Shown here piece by piece: positions 8,296 through 17,594 of a DNA stretch of 60,971 nt. The notes beneath the pieces are model-generated. The model searched no databases and was not told where the DNA came from. It saw only the letters and a program-made list of their open reading frames with translations. Origin of the DNA: a virus (Duplodnaviria; Caudoviricetes); IMG/VR virus record IMGVR_UViG_3300007735_000770, positions 1 to 60,971 of that record. One strand, written 5' to 3'. Numbering within the stretch: position 1 is the stretch's first letter; every line of letters begins with the position of its first letter. Made by a program: the position numbers and the translations under genes.

Positions 8296-9045
8296 TTATC
8301 CAAACAACCTCCCGTTCAAATGCGGCCCTTTAACGCCGCTCCACGTTGAGGCGCTGGCGTGATGCTCGATGCGATCCGCCAGCACTAGCGCCCGAGTTTC
8401 CTTTGACTTCGGAACGTATGGCCCAGACCACCGTACATCGATGCCGATGTTTCGCGCGACGTTGGTTGAGTCTGCGGATGATAATGGGATCTGAGAAAAG
8501 ATCGTTGGGTCAAGCATACGCAGCCCGTGCAACTTGCATTTCGGTACACCTCCACCGTAGCAAGCCACTTCCATGATTTCAGTCATGCGGCCCCACCATT
8601 TATCGCTTCCTATTTCCCAATACTCGCCTGAAGAACCGATCGCCACACGCCGAAAGGTAACCGCTAGGTAATCCATTCTGCTCAGGCTTTCGTGCATGTG
8701 GTAAACAGGCACAGATTCAAACTGCTGGTTTTCACTCATCCATTGATCAAGTAGTTCGTCGTTTTCCGCCTCGGTGCCGTCGATCTTGTCCGGTACGAGG
8801 CACCAGTCAAAGCCAGGATGGTTGCACCATGTTGCAACCCACTCGCGATATGCACCAACGTCGATGTCGCCTTTTCCAGCGGTAAACAGCGGGTAAGCTC
8901 CATTATCGAGAGAAAAAGACTGGCATACCTCAGCGGCAATCTCAATTTGGTCTGGGTTAGCAAACGAGATCATGGCGTGACGACGGCTCCACGCGGCAAT
9001 AGCTGCTGTGCGTGGAGTGATTGGTCCTCCGTGGTAGTGAATCAC
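8296..9045 (-). CDS. TGT/DpdA-like TIM-barrel protein, putative base-exchange or DNA-modification enzyme
   Basis: LDNGAY, VPDKIDG, VPVYH, VAIGSS, KLHGLRM, SSADST follow the motif order of TGT/DpdA proteins. Confidence 0.55.
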   Translation of the reverse strand: MIHYHGGPITPRTAAIAAWSRRHAMISFANPDQIEIAAEVCQSFSLDNGAYPLFTAGKGDIDVGAYREWVATWCNHPGFDWCLVPDKIDGTEAENDELLDQWMSENQQFESVPVYHMHESLSRMDYLAVTFRRVAIGSSGEYWEIGSDKWWGRMTEIMEVACYGGGVPKCKLHGLRMLDPTIFSQIPLSSADSTNVARNIGIDVRWSGPYVPKSKETRALVLADRIEHHASASTWSGVKGPHLNGRLFG

Positions 9046-9347
9046 TGTTCCCTTTCCGCTAAACGTAGCAACGACTGAGATATGGCTGCGGTTATGGTGT
9101 TTCCATGACCTAATACTCCTTCAATCAAAGACCGATAACCACGATCTACTCTGTAGGTGTTTATGTGCCAACTCCGACTTTTGCACAGCGCCTCCACCGT
9201 CGACAGCGTCTCTGCTGCGTCAACCTCAAAGTCGGGGAGTGGCTTCGTCCCCTCATCCGTCACGATGTAGTATTTGCCAGCGGGGGAGACTTGGACTTGG
9301 TAGCCACAGAGCTTCGTAGCTATCAGCGCGTTGGCTTCGTTGGTCAT
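9042..9347 (-). CDS. Hypothetical protein
   Basis: MTNEANALIATKLCG...; ATGA overlap with the upstream Zn-finger ORF. Confidence 0.65.
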   Translation of the reverse strand: MTNEANALIATKLCGYQVQVSPAGKYYIVTDEGTKPLPDFEVDAAETLSTVEALCKSRSWHINTYRVDRGYRSLIEGVLGHGNTITAAISQSLLRLAEREQ

Positions 9348-9463
9348 TTTGGTTTCCCCGTGCAACGAGGGGCGTGCTTTTGCCACTCGCGAGCGGACAT
9401 GATTTTCTTACACATGCCGCATTGGTATTGTTTAGGCTTAGGGCCTCGTTTAAGCGTGGACAT
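9344..9463 (-). CDS. 39-aa C2HC zinc-finger peptide (not in the ORF track)
   Basis: MSTLKRGPKPKQYQCGMCKKIMSAREWQKHAPRCTGKPK; follows TTGCGG-N17-TACAGT. Confidence 0.6.
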   Translation of the reverse strand: MSTLKRGPKPKQYQCGMCKKIMSAREWQKHAPRCTGKPK

Positions 9464-9501
9464 CTATCGGCTACTGTACTACAATAATTTTATGACCGCA
9501 A
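9457..9501. promoter_or_regulatory. Overlapping divergent sigma70-like promoters
   Basis: Plus strand TGGACA-N17-TACAAT, ATG 6 nt later; minus strand TTGCGG-N17-TACAGT, ATG 9 nt later. Confidence 0.6.
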
Positions 9502-9668
9502 CTACCAAAGACATCCTGCTTCTAGCCGCAGGCGCAGTGGCTTCCTGGGTGCTTGTTCTATACGCCAGCCGCGAGGTCGCCCCCTGCGGCTACGACGGCC
9601 AGCCTGATGCGCACTGGCAGGCGGAGTTCAATAAACTGGAAGAGAAGTACAAGAGGGAGGCAAAGTGA
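9492..9668 (+). CDS. Small single-pass membrane protein
   Basis: MTATTKDILLLAAGAVASWVLVLY; apparently leaderless. Confidence 0.55.
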   Translation: MTATTKDILLLAAGAVASWVLVLYASREVAPCGYDGQPDAHWQAEFNKLEEKYKREAK

Positions 9669-9882
9669 AAAACAAAGGCCCGTGGGCAGTATCCGACCTA
9701 TTCCGCCGCTGGCACCCATTCGACGCCCTGCTGGCCGAGCGCCGAGCTATCTTGGCGGGAGAGCGGGAGGCGCTGGAATATGCCGATAAGCGCGATGCCG
9801 CGTGGTGGCGGGAAGTGGGGCGAGGATGACACACACCGACATCCAATCAAAGATCGACGCAGGCGAGTAGTAGTATGGGGAT

Positions 9883-12141
9883 ATGCACATCCTCGTCATG
9901 TTCATTGCGGCGGTGGTCGCGTTCGCGCAGCAGACTGACTACAATAACGGAATAAAGAACCAGCCTGGGATACCATCTGGAGCGTTTGACTTCACGCCTG
10001 TGACGTTTACCACGGCGATCAGTAGCGGGACGTACAAGACGTTTTCGTTCAGCCGATGCCCTGCCGGAGTAAAGGGGACGAACCTAGGTCCAGCGGTCAC
10101 TATTACTGGCGCGGCAAACAACGGGAGTGGCGCGATCCGCATTACGACGGCGGCTAATGGGTTTAAGGCGTCGAACCGGATCACGATTGCCGGGGTAGGC
10201 GGGACGACGGAAGCGAACGGGAACTGGTCGATCACGATCATCAGCACGACGCAGTTCGATCTTGTCGGCAGCACGTTCACGAATGCCTATACGTCGGGAG
10301 GGACGGCCAAGCAGAACGTCCACTACTTGTATTTGAGCGGCGGGGTAGGGACGGCTGAGATTGTGCCGATCGGCGGTGGGACGTGTTCGTCTCCTGGTAT
10401 TGCTGGGACGGTTCAGGCGTATGTGGCGAACTCGCATAGCGGATCGTACACGCTTGGGTCGGCTACTGGCGGGATTATGGAGGCGATCTGGGCGCAGACG
10501 GCGGACTCGCGAGCGGTGTTGATCTCGAATAGCCCGACGATTTACGGACCTGTGTGGATCACGACGAACTATCAGCTTGACCTGTATGGTAGAGGGCAGA
10601 GGAATACTGTGTTGACAAGGGCATCCAATTACTCTGCAACTATAGTTCTGGTTGACCAAGCTGGAATTGCTGCCGGGTCTTCACTCGTTACGCTTCACGA
10701 TTTTTGGGTCTACGCTCCGTCGATGAATGCTGCATCTGGAGAGGGGGCGATCAAGTTCAGGAATATCACTTGCTGTGGTAGTCGCGCGTACAATATCACG
10801 GTATGGGACGACCGGAATGGCGTAATAGTAGAGTCTAGCGACAATATCGACCTTGACAATATCCAGTACCTTCAAACAACCAACACGGCACAACCTGATA
10901 ATGGCGTTTTGTGGACACAGACTCCGTCGTATGCGATCTCAAATGCAGCCAACAATGGAAGCGGGTCCATTCGTATTACGGCAGCTTCAAATAGCTATAC
11001 TACGGGCAGTAGGGTTGTGATTTCTGGCGTGACCGGGACCACAGAGGCGAACGGTTCGTGGCTTGTGACGGTTATCAATTCAACGACGTTCGACTTGCAA
11101 GGCAGTACATATACGAACGCATACGTCAGTGGCGGTATCGCGATAGCCGCCGTTTCTGGATTTGGGAATACGTCTTCAGGCGGGTCGATAAGCAACTCTG
11201 CGTTGGTCACTAATGAAGGATTTGCTCAATCTGGGGTAAACGCTTTAAGGAATGGCGTTCTGGTTGAGTCATACGATGGCTTGGTAATTTCCCACACAAC
11301 TCTTCGTGGCGAGTACGGACTACGGGTCAATCCAGTAATGGTCGGATCTGGCGTCATCGCTGACAGCTTAGTGCTTGACAGATCCAGGTATTCTGCTCTG
11401 GCGATTGGCGCTCAGACAGTCGGAGATCAAGGGCAGATTGTCATTAAAGGGTCTTGGATCGCAGGAAACTACGTATCAGCGTCACCACTGGTGATCGTTG
11501 ACATGACGAACATTTCGGCTGGTAGATTTGTTTTTTCAGACAACGACATCGCCGGATCGAATGGGGCGTGCATTCAACTAATTAGCGCAAAGGATGTGAT
11601 TGTCCACGACAACACGATTGCCTCGTGCGACTTGACCGCCACAGGCAAGGCTGGTATTGAGGTGGCAACTGCTGCGACTGGTATCAATATTCACGACAAT
11701 CGTTTTTACGACCTAACTTCGCTTGGATCAACTACGCAATTTGCGGTTTACCTTAACGCAAACATTACGAACTCGACGATTCATCACAATAATATTGGGG
11801 CGATGCAGGCGTCAGCGTTTTTCTACCAAGCTGGCACGAACTCGAACCTGAGAATCGTCGACAACATCACAACCGAGTCAATCCCCGGCGCGACGATCTC
11901 AGCCAGCAGTATCGCCTATGCGACTAACTTTCCGCCGATCGTTAGCCTGACTGGTGGTGGCACGGCAACGCGGGTGACTGGGATGTGGCCTGGGTTGAAG
12001 TTCCAAGTGATCACTGGATCCGCGACGACGTTCAACACTGGTGGAACGAACCCCGGTGACTTTGCACGGTCGCTGACGACGGCGGCGGGGCAGATGGTCA
12101 CGTTCGAGATGCTGGCAAACGGGAAAGTGTATGTGTATTAA
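9883..12141 (+). CDS. Right-handed beta-helix, tailspike/depolymerase-like protein with two repeated beta domains and a signal-peptide-like N-terminus
   Basis: MHILVMFIAAVVAFA-Q; AANNGSG.IRIT...GTTEANG.W...FDL.GST.TNAY.SGG occurs twice; Asn-ladder repeats (IHDN, IHHN, IVDN). Confidence 0.75.
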   Translation: MHILVMFIAAVVAFAQQTDYNNGIKNQPGIPSGAFDFTPVTFTTAISSGTYKTFSFSRCPAGVKGTNLGPAVTITGAANNGSGAIRITTAANGFKASNRITIAGVGGTTEANGNWSITIISTTQFDLVGSTFTNAYTSGGTAKQNVHYLYLSGGVGTAEIVPIGGGTCSSPGIAGTVQAYVANSHSGSYTLGSATGGIMEAIWAQTADSRAVLISNSPTIYGPVWITTNYQLDLYGRGQRNTVLTRASNYSATIVLVDQAGIAAGSSLVTLHDFWVYAPSMNAASGEGAIKFRNITCCGSRAYNITVWDDRNGVIVESSDNIDLDNIQYLQTTNTAQPDNGVLWTQTPSYAISNAANNGSGSIRITAASNSYTTGSRVVISGVTGTTEANGSWLVTVINSTTFDLQGSTYTNAYVSGGIAIAAVSGFGNTSSGGSISNSALVTNEGFAQSGVNALRNGVLVESYDGLVISHTTLRGEYGLRVNPVMVGSGVIADSLVLDRSRYSALAIGAQTVGDQGQIVIKGSWIAGNYVSASPLVIVDMTNISAGRFVFSDNDIAGSNGACIQLISAKDVIVHDNTIASCDLTATGKAGIEVATAATGINIHDNRFYDLTSLGSTTQFAVYLNANITNSTIHHNNIGAMQASAFFYQAGTNSNLRIVDNITTESIPGATISASSIAYATNFPPIVSLTGGGTATRVTGMWPGLKFQVITGSATTFNTGGTNPGDFARSLTTAAGQMVTFEMLANGKVYVY

Positions 12142-12264
12142 CAGCGAGAGCCGGTGTGGTGAGGCGGTTCATCACATCCGGCCCAGTAGAGTGGCGTAAG
12201 AGCGCTACGACTGACAACTGCATGGGAGAGGATATCACCGTGCAAGCTGGTAAGACCGTAACGC

Positions 12265-12477
12265 TCACCAAGTTTTCGGACAATCTTTGGTATCGCCTAA
12301 GCTGAAGCGAATAGCGTCTATCTCCTTTTGTCGGGCAATCCGCCCTTGTTCATGGCTGTCGCAGTACTTGCCAGAAACGGCGTTCTGGTGGCACCGGAAG
12401 CTGGCGCATTTCCTGCCGCCAACGGCCATGATCTTCCTGAGATCGTCTTTAGTCAACGAGTCTTTCATCAGTCCCAC
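12265..12477 (-). CDS. Small Zn-binding hypothetical protein
   Basis: CASFRC...YCDSH. Confidence 0.55.
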   Translation of the reverse strand: MGLMKDSLTKDDLRKIMAVGGRKCASFRCHQNAVSGKYCDSHEQGRIARQKEIDAIRFSLGDTKDCPKTW

Positions 12478-12971
12478 CTTGATAAGTTGAGAAGTATTCG
12501 GTGTTCTGCTGCTTTCTTTAACAATACAGCGATTTTCTGTTTTTCTTCCTCAGTATTTAGTAGCGGCAACGGCGGTTCTTTCTTCTCTGTTTTGGTGACG
12601 CGCTGTAGTTTTTGGCTTGTCGGCGGCTTAACGTAGACGCGAGGCTGCTTGTGTTCAGGCGTTGATCTGACCTTCTTCATGTGCTTACGCTTGGCTTTGA
12701 GCATAACCTCGCGAGCGTTCTCTTCCATGTGTTCGCGGCACAGGTTCAGCTTGGACAAGCGCTCTGCTGGCTTGTCGCATTTGGCGCACTTCCCGCGATC
12801 TCCGATGTAGAGGTAGTTGGCGGGGTTGATGCCGTTACGGACGCGCAGGCGCTCGCGTGTCTCGGCGTTCTTGCACTCCTTGTGTGCGCCTTTTATTAAC
12901 TCGCCTGGGAGTTGGCAGAATCGGCAGTGGGTGGCTTTTTTCACACGCCCACCTCCACAAACCATCCCCAC
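12468..12971 (-). CDS. Cys/His-rich putative DNA-binding protein
   Basis: CRFC..HKEC, CAKC..CREH; basic C-terminus. Confidence 0.6.
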   Translation of the reverse strand: MGMVCGGGRVKKATHCRFCQLPGELIKGAHKECKNAETRERLRVRNGINPANYLYIGDRGKCAKCDKPAERLSKLNLCREHMEENAREVMLKAKRKHMKKVRSTPEHKQPRVYVKPPTSQKLQRVTKTEKKEPPLPLLNTEEEKQKIAVLLKKAAEHRILLNLSRWD

Positions 12972-13267
12972 TTGCCGTCTCGCTGCTCGACGGTGATGGC
13001 GGTGATGGTGCGCTCGTGCGCCAGTAAGTCGTGCGTGGCCTTAAGCCGGACGCGGTCTCCAATGGTTCCGTATGGGCAGAGATACGGGTTAGTAGCCGTT
13101 GAGCGTAGTCTGAAGCCACCAACATTCCAGTACGGCTCAGGAGTAGGCTTTTCGTCGAATACAGCCACCATGGTCTTATCCGGCTGCTTCCGCATCGCCC
13201 GCCAGAAACGGCGCTCGCCGTTCGTGTAGGCGGCGGATTCGGATTTGGTGAGTCGGAGTGTCTTCAT
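12941..13267 (-). CDS. Phage protein with a CPYG..GDR motif (ASCH/PUA-like)
   Basis: LCPYGTIGDRVRLK, ITAITVEQ. Confidence 0.55.
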   Translation of the reverse strand: MKTLRLTKSESAAYTNGERRFWRAMRKQPDKTMVAVFDEKPTPEPYWNVGGFRLRSTATNPYLCPYGTIGDRVRLKATHDLLAHERTITAITVEQRDGKWGWFVEVGV

Positions 13268-13433
13268 GCGATCCTCTCTTTCCGTCGCTCGATGGCGCGG
13301 AGGGTGTCGAGTCGTCGGCACCAGCGCTCCCATTTCGAGTCATTTTTTCGGTCAGACTCAAACGAAGCCAACGTCCACAATTCCCGCTCCCGCGCAATCC
13401 CCAGCCGCTTGCGGGCCATTCGTAGTCGGTGGA

Positions 13434-13757
13434 TCATGCGGGGCCTCCGGTGGCATTGTACAAAGCCTCAGCAAGCGTTTCACCAGTGCCAGCGATCAGC
13501 GGATAGCGATTGAAACAACACGCGCACGCAGGCTTATCACCAAATGAATCTGATATCGCTGAACGGGTTTCGTAGTATCGCCCTTCCTTCTTCTTCCGCC
13601 ACGCCTCAGCCGCGCGGATGGCGGCGGCGGTGTCGGTGAGGTAGTGGGAAATACGGCCAGTGGCCGAACAGGCTCCCCACTCGTCAATCCACGCCTCAAT
13701 GCCCTCGCAATGCTCTGCAATCCACGCATCGTGCGCCCGCGTCCAGTTACTTGGCAT
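13434..13757 (-). CDS. Hypothetical protein
   Basis: Coherent ORF in a tightly packed minus-strand cluster. Confidence 0.6.
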   Translation of the reverse strand: MPSNWTRAHDAWIAEHCEGIEAWIDEWGACSATGRISHYLTDTAAAIRAAEAWRKKKEGRYYETRSAISDSFGDKPACACCFNRYPLIAGTGETLAEALYNATGGPA

Positions 13758-14384
13758 CGCTCACCTTCACTTTCGTTGGCTCCCATCCAGTGTCAGAGGC
13801 CAGGACGTTGTCGGCCCAGTAATTGATAGCATCGGTTTTAGTCGCGAATAGCGGCACGCGGTCGTAGCGGTCGCGCCAAAGTTCGCCGTTTCTTTGCAGC
13901 ACCCACATGGTCAGGTCGATCATGGCTTGCCCTCCGCAGCTTCGACGGCCTCGATGGCAGTGGGCGCTGGCACGCGAATCCAGGTGTGTTTTAGGTCAGG
14001 GTAGAACGACCATTTGTTATCCCTCCCAGGATACGCGAATAGCTCGCAATTCTCTCTGCGTTCGAGTGTCGCCCAAGCCCGAGCGCACCGTGCGAGGTCG
14101 AGTAGGTCTTTATTGCCTCCCCCTGCCGCCCAGCGCTCTGCATTCCGCGCCAACTCTTCCAACCGTTCACTCGTCATTATTTCCTCCCAGGTATTCGGCG
14201 TTACCCACATACGCGCGGAATCCACACACGGACATCACCGTGGACGTGTGGTCTGCATACCGCCCGTGTATTTCTTCGCCGGGCAGCGGATTTATCACGG
14301 TCAATTCATTCCACGGCCAGTCGTGCGTTTCGATCTTCCACCGATCCCCCGCTATCGGGGTTTTCAGCGCCTCTTCTTTCGTCC

Positions 14385-14669
14385 TCATGGCTTCCTCCTT
14401 TGCACTGGCGGCACCGTCCGCTTCGGCACGTCCACCACCACCGCCGAGTAAGTCCAGACCGGCTTCCCGGAAGGGCAAAACACCACCATTTTGTCGCCCT
14501 CGATCCAGTAGTCCTCGTTCTCGGCCAGAATCCGGTCCCCGCAAATCACTGGCGCGTCAACGATGGCTGGATAGCGGCCTTTGGAGTCCTCGGCCAGATC
14601 CACGCGGATTAGTTGCACTTGCGCGGTCTGCGCGGCCAGGGCGAGGGAGAATAGGAGGAGGCGGGTCAT
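14385..14669 (-). CDS. Small, possibly exported protein
   Basis: MTRLLLFSLALAAQ signal-like start; GGAGAAGGG RBS. Confidence 0.6.
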   Translation of the reverse strand: MTRLLLFSLALAAQTAQVQLIRVDLAEDSKGRYPAIVDAPVICGDRILAENEDYWIEGDKMVVFCPSGKPVWTYSAVVVDVPKRTVPPVQRRKP

Positions 14670-14909
14670 CCCTTCTCCTTCTCCATCGCGTCCAGCACGG
14701 CGGCGAGTGGGGTTGCGCCTTCGCCAGCGATCACCACTCCATCCCATTTCTGATAAACAAACCGCCACTTGCCATCCCTCGTGAATCGCGGCATCTGCCC
14801 CTCTCGCTGAACTACAGCCCACGCCTCCAGGGCTTCGGCTCCTCGCAGTTGCGCCTCTACCCGTGCGTACTCTGTGGCTTTTTCTCCCCGCAGCACCTCA
14901 GACGCCCGT

Positions 14910-15632
14910 TTACCGTCCATTCGCGGCCTCCTTCTCGGCCTCGGCTTCGATCCCGTCAGCCATCTGTTCCAGCCATCCAGACGCAGCGTAAATGGCGTTG
15001 ATGAACTCTGTACCTTGCACATCACCAGCCGCCGCTATCAGATCGTCCCGTAGCACCGCAGCACACTTACGGGTCGCCTCCACTTTAATCCGGTTCCCCG
15101 CGCTGGCCGGGGTGAGGGCCAGGGCGGCGTTGATTGCGGTGCACGAGGGGTGACAAACTTTGCCGCGTATCTCTTCGGTTTCGCAGAAGCACGCATGGAC
15201 CACATCGCCAGCCTCCTCCAGCGCCCCGCGTATCACGGCTACGAGGGACTGCGCTTCGTTCAGTTCCCGCATAAGCGCCACGACCACCGGGTGCTTCTCC
15301 ACGTCCAGCGCTTTCGTGCGCCACTCGTCCCGCTCCTTCTCGGCGGCTTCTGCGCGGGCGGTGGTGTTGACCACAGTGTCCAACGCATCGCAAAAAGCCT
15401 TAGGCTCGCCATGCTCGGCGAGGTACTGACCGCCGTCGCGGTGGATCGTAGCCAGTAAATTCTTCAGGTTGTACTGCGAGGCGTCAAGCGCTGTCCGCAG
15501 CCGGTCCACCTCGGCGCGGAGCTGGTCGCGCTCGGCAAACAACTGCTCTAGTGCCGCCGCGTTAACTATTACCCCTTCCCCGGTAGCCAGCATTTCGCGG
15601 GCTTCGATAGCAGATATGTCTTGCCGTTCCAT
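14910..15632 (-). CDS. Coiled-coil hypothetical protein
   Basis: AERDQLRAEVDRL, RAEAAEKERD. Confidence 0.7.
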   Translation of the reverse strand: MERQDISAIEAREMLATGEGVIVNAAALEQLFAERDQLRAEVDRLRTALDASQYNLKNLLATIHRDGGQYLAEHGEPKAFCDALDTVVNTTARAEAAEKERDEWRTKALDVEKHPVVVALMRELNEAQSLVAVIRGALEEAGDVVHACFCETEEIRGKVCHPSCTAINAALALTPASAGNRIKVEATRKCAAVLRDDLIAAAGDVQGTEFINAIYAASGWLEQMADGIEAEAEKEAANGR

Positions 15633-16015
15633 TACTTCCCCTCCCGCAGCCGTTGGGCCGCTTGCTTAATCGATACTTCCGGGTCATCGCTGGCCGAAAG
15701 GATAATCAACGCCATTCCCAAGCCTTCAAGGACTCCATCGCGCCGCTGCTGGGCGTCACGGTCTAATTGCTCCTGCACTTCGTCGCTGAGGTTGTCGAGC
15801 AGTGATTCACATTTGGCCTTGTATGCATCCCGCTCCCGCTCCGCCTCCGCCAGCCGCGACTCTGCGGCTTTCACCTCCCCGGCTTCGCGGGCCTCAGCGG
15901 CGGCGAGGAGGGCTATGTAATCCGCCTGTAGTTCTGGCACCGTCGCCGTAAAATCTCGCTGTGCGCGGTTCAGCGCTTCCACCGCACCCCGGTAAAACTC
16001 CGCGCTACGCTCCAT
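15632..16015 (-). CDS. Coiled-coil hypothetical protein
   Basis: Translationally coupled ORF. Confidence 0.65.
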   Translation of the reverse strand: MERSAEFYRGAVEALNRAQRDFTATVPELQADYIALLAAAEAREAGEVKAAESRLAEAERERDAYKAKCESLLDNLSDEVQEQLDRDAQQRRDGVLEGLGMALIILSASDDPEVSIKQAAQRLREGK

Positions 16016-16352
16016 GGTCGGCCTCCTTCGGCGGCGCGGGGATAGTGGCTCGCAGCTTATCCGCAGTCTCGTTCGTCAGTACAATCGGCGCAAAGTGCGT
16101 CCAACCGTACCACTCGCGACTCTCTTCGTAATCGGTGTCTAATGTGCTGGCGCACATCGGAGTATCAGCGTCCTCCATATTGATAAACACGCATTGGCCG
16201 TAGTCTTCGTGCGCCTCGCTAATCGGCCTCCACCGCCGCGCCTCGTGGGCCGCAACTACGGCGTCGGCTACGGCTTGCCAGGACTCCAGTGCTGGCAGCG
16301 ACCACGCCGCATCCATCGCCTCACACGCCACCTGCCCCAGCGCCTTCTCCAT
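16005..16352 (-). CDS. Hypothetical protein with WRPISEA...THF motifs
   Basis: Motifs common in phage accessory proteins. Confidence 0.6.
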   Translation of the reverse strand: MEKALGQVACEAMDAAWSLPALESWQAVADAVVAAHEARRWRPISEAHEDYGQCVFINMEDADTPMCASTLDTDYEESREWYGWTHFAPIVLTNETADKLRATIPAPPKEADHGA

Positions 16353-16521
16353 GGCTACACCACCTCCCAAACCGCCGCCCGCTCAGCCTGAATTGCCCGC
16401 TCACGAGCCTCAAGGCCACGCGCCTGCAGCAAGCAGTGACGAGCGACAAAGCGGAGGCAGCGGATGGGGGAGTGGAGGAAGAAAGTCAACGCCAAGCTGC
16501 CAGCGAGTACAGCTACCGCCA

Positions 16522-16785
16522 TTACGATTTGCATTCCGACACCCCTCTCCGCTGCTCCCACTCGATCACCATAGCTAATGCCTTGTCGAAGGCTTTATTT
16601 GACACGCCATTTAGCTTGGCCGCAACTTCGTCTAGAGAACCGATGACAACAACCCGGCTGTGGATGTGATCGCTGTCAGTGACGATCATTGTTGCCCCGT
16701 CGACCGTGGGGATGAGAGACACGACGTGGTCTGGATTGACGTACAACTGGTCTTTGCCCTTATCGCAAGTGAACTTAACCAGCAT
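16522..16785 (-). CDS. FlbD-like small protein
   Basis: LYVNPDHVVSL...TMIV...VIGSLDEVAAKL. Confidence 0.55.
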   Translation of the reverse strand: MLVKFTCDKGKDQLYVNPDHVVSLIPTVDGATMIVTDSDHIHSRVVVIGSLDEVAAKLNGVSNKAFDKALAMVIEWEQRRGVSECKS

Positions 16786-16933
16786 TCTTCACCTCCAAGT
16801 CCTTCTGCACAAGCTCTCGCAGGTACTGCGACCGCGAGACGCCAAGTTGTTTGCACCGCGCCGAGACACCACGCAGAACGGTCTTATCGACCAGTAGCGT
16901 GATGTGTTCGGTTTTGAGTTTTGTTTTCGCCAT
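16775..16933 (-). CDS. Ribbon-helix-helix regulator, 52 aa (not in the ORF track)
   Basis: MAKTKLKTEHITLLVDKTVLRGVSARCKQLGVSRSQYLRELVQKDL; follows TTGCAA-N18-TATGTT. Confidence 0.7.
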   Translation of the reverse strand: MAKTKLKTEHITLLVDKTVLRGVSARCKQLGVSRSQYLRELVQKDLEVKNAG

Positions 16934-16973
16934 TGAATATAACATAACATACCAGAAAAGCTGATTGCAATAG

Positions 16974-16999
16974 AAAAGCCGCCCTTTCGAGCGGCTTTA
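16974..16999 (-). terminator. Intrinsic terminator, possibly bidirectional
   Basis: AAAGCCGCTC-GAAA-GGGCGGCTTTT. Confidence 0.8.
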
Positions 17000-17108
17000 T
17001 TTTGGCCGACCCCATCCCCCCGGACGAAGCCAGCCTTTCTGTTCCGAAATCCTAACTCACTTTCTTTTGAAATTTCCCGTGTCGTGGGTTAGACGCTCTG
17101 AGAGATTG

Positions 17109-17594
17109 TTAGAAGGGAGTCGTGTCGTCCGCAGCCGCTACTGGTTCTTCTGTCGCAGGCGGCGCAACGTACTCGTCGGCCACGCCCATCATGCCGAGGA
17201 TACGCGACACGTCATCCTCGGTAGCCGCTTTGGCTTCGGTGATGCCGTTCAGCCACTTCACGCGCACTGAGCGCTCGACAGCACCGCCCTGCGTGGTGAA
17301 CTCGTGAAGCTCGGTTTCGATCTTGCACTCGCGGCCTTTGAGGAACTTTTCAGGATCACGAAGCAAGTACGGGTATGTTCCTTCCCAGATCTCAGGGTTG
17401 AGTTCTCCAACAACCTTCTTGGTCTGCGCCAGTGCGTTTGGCGTGAAGTATAGGTTGTGGTCGATGAACCCTTGTCCTTCAACCTGGATCCGCACCTTCA
17501 GCGACGACGTTACGCCGCCGTCTTTTTTCTCCAGCGTCTCCAGCCGTGCGCGGTGGATCACTCCACGGTAGATGCTATTGGGCAGAATTGGCAT
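17109..17594 (-). CDS. ssDNA-binding protein-like (OB fold, acidic tail)
   Basis: C-terminal ADDTTPF; lies in the recombination module. Confidence 0.7.
   Translation of the reverse strand: MPILPNSIYRGVIHRARLETLEKKDGGVTSSLKVRIQVEGQGFIDHNLYFTPNALAQTKKVVGELNPEIWEGTYPYLLRDPEKFLKGRECKIETELHEFTTQGGAVERSVRVKWLNGITEAKAATEDDVSRILGMMGVADEYVAPPATEEPVAAADDTTPF

Noticed and set aside
17000-17105. Small RNA between the SSB-like gene and its terminator
   Set aside because: Only weak pairing was seen and no motif was recognised; it may be an ordinary 3' UTR
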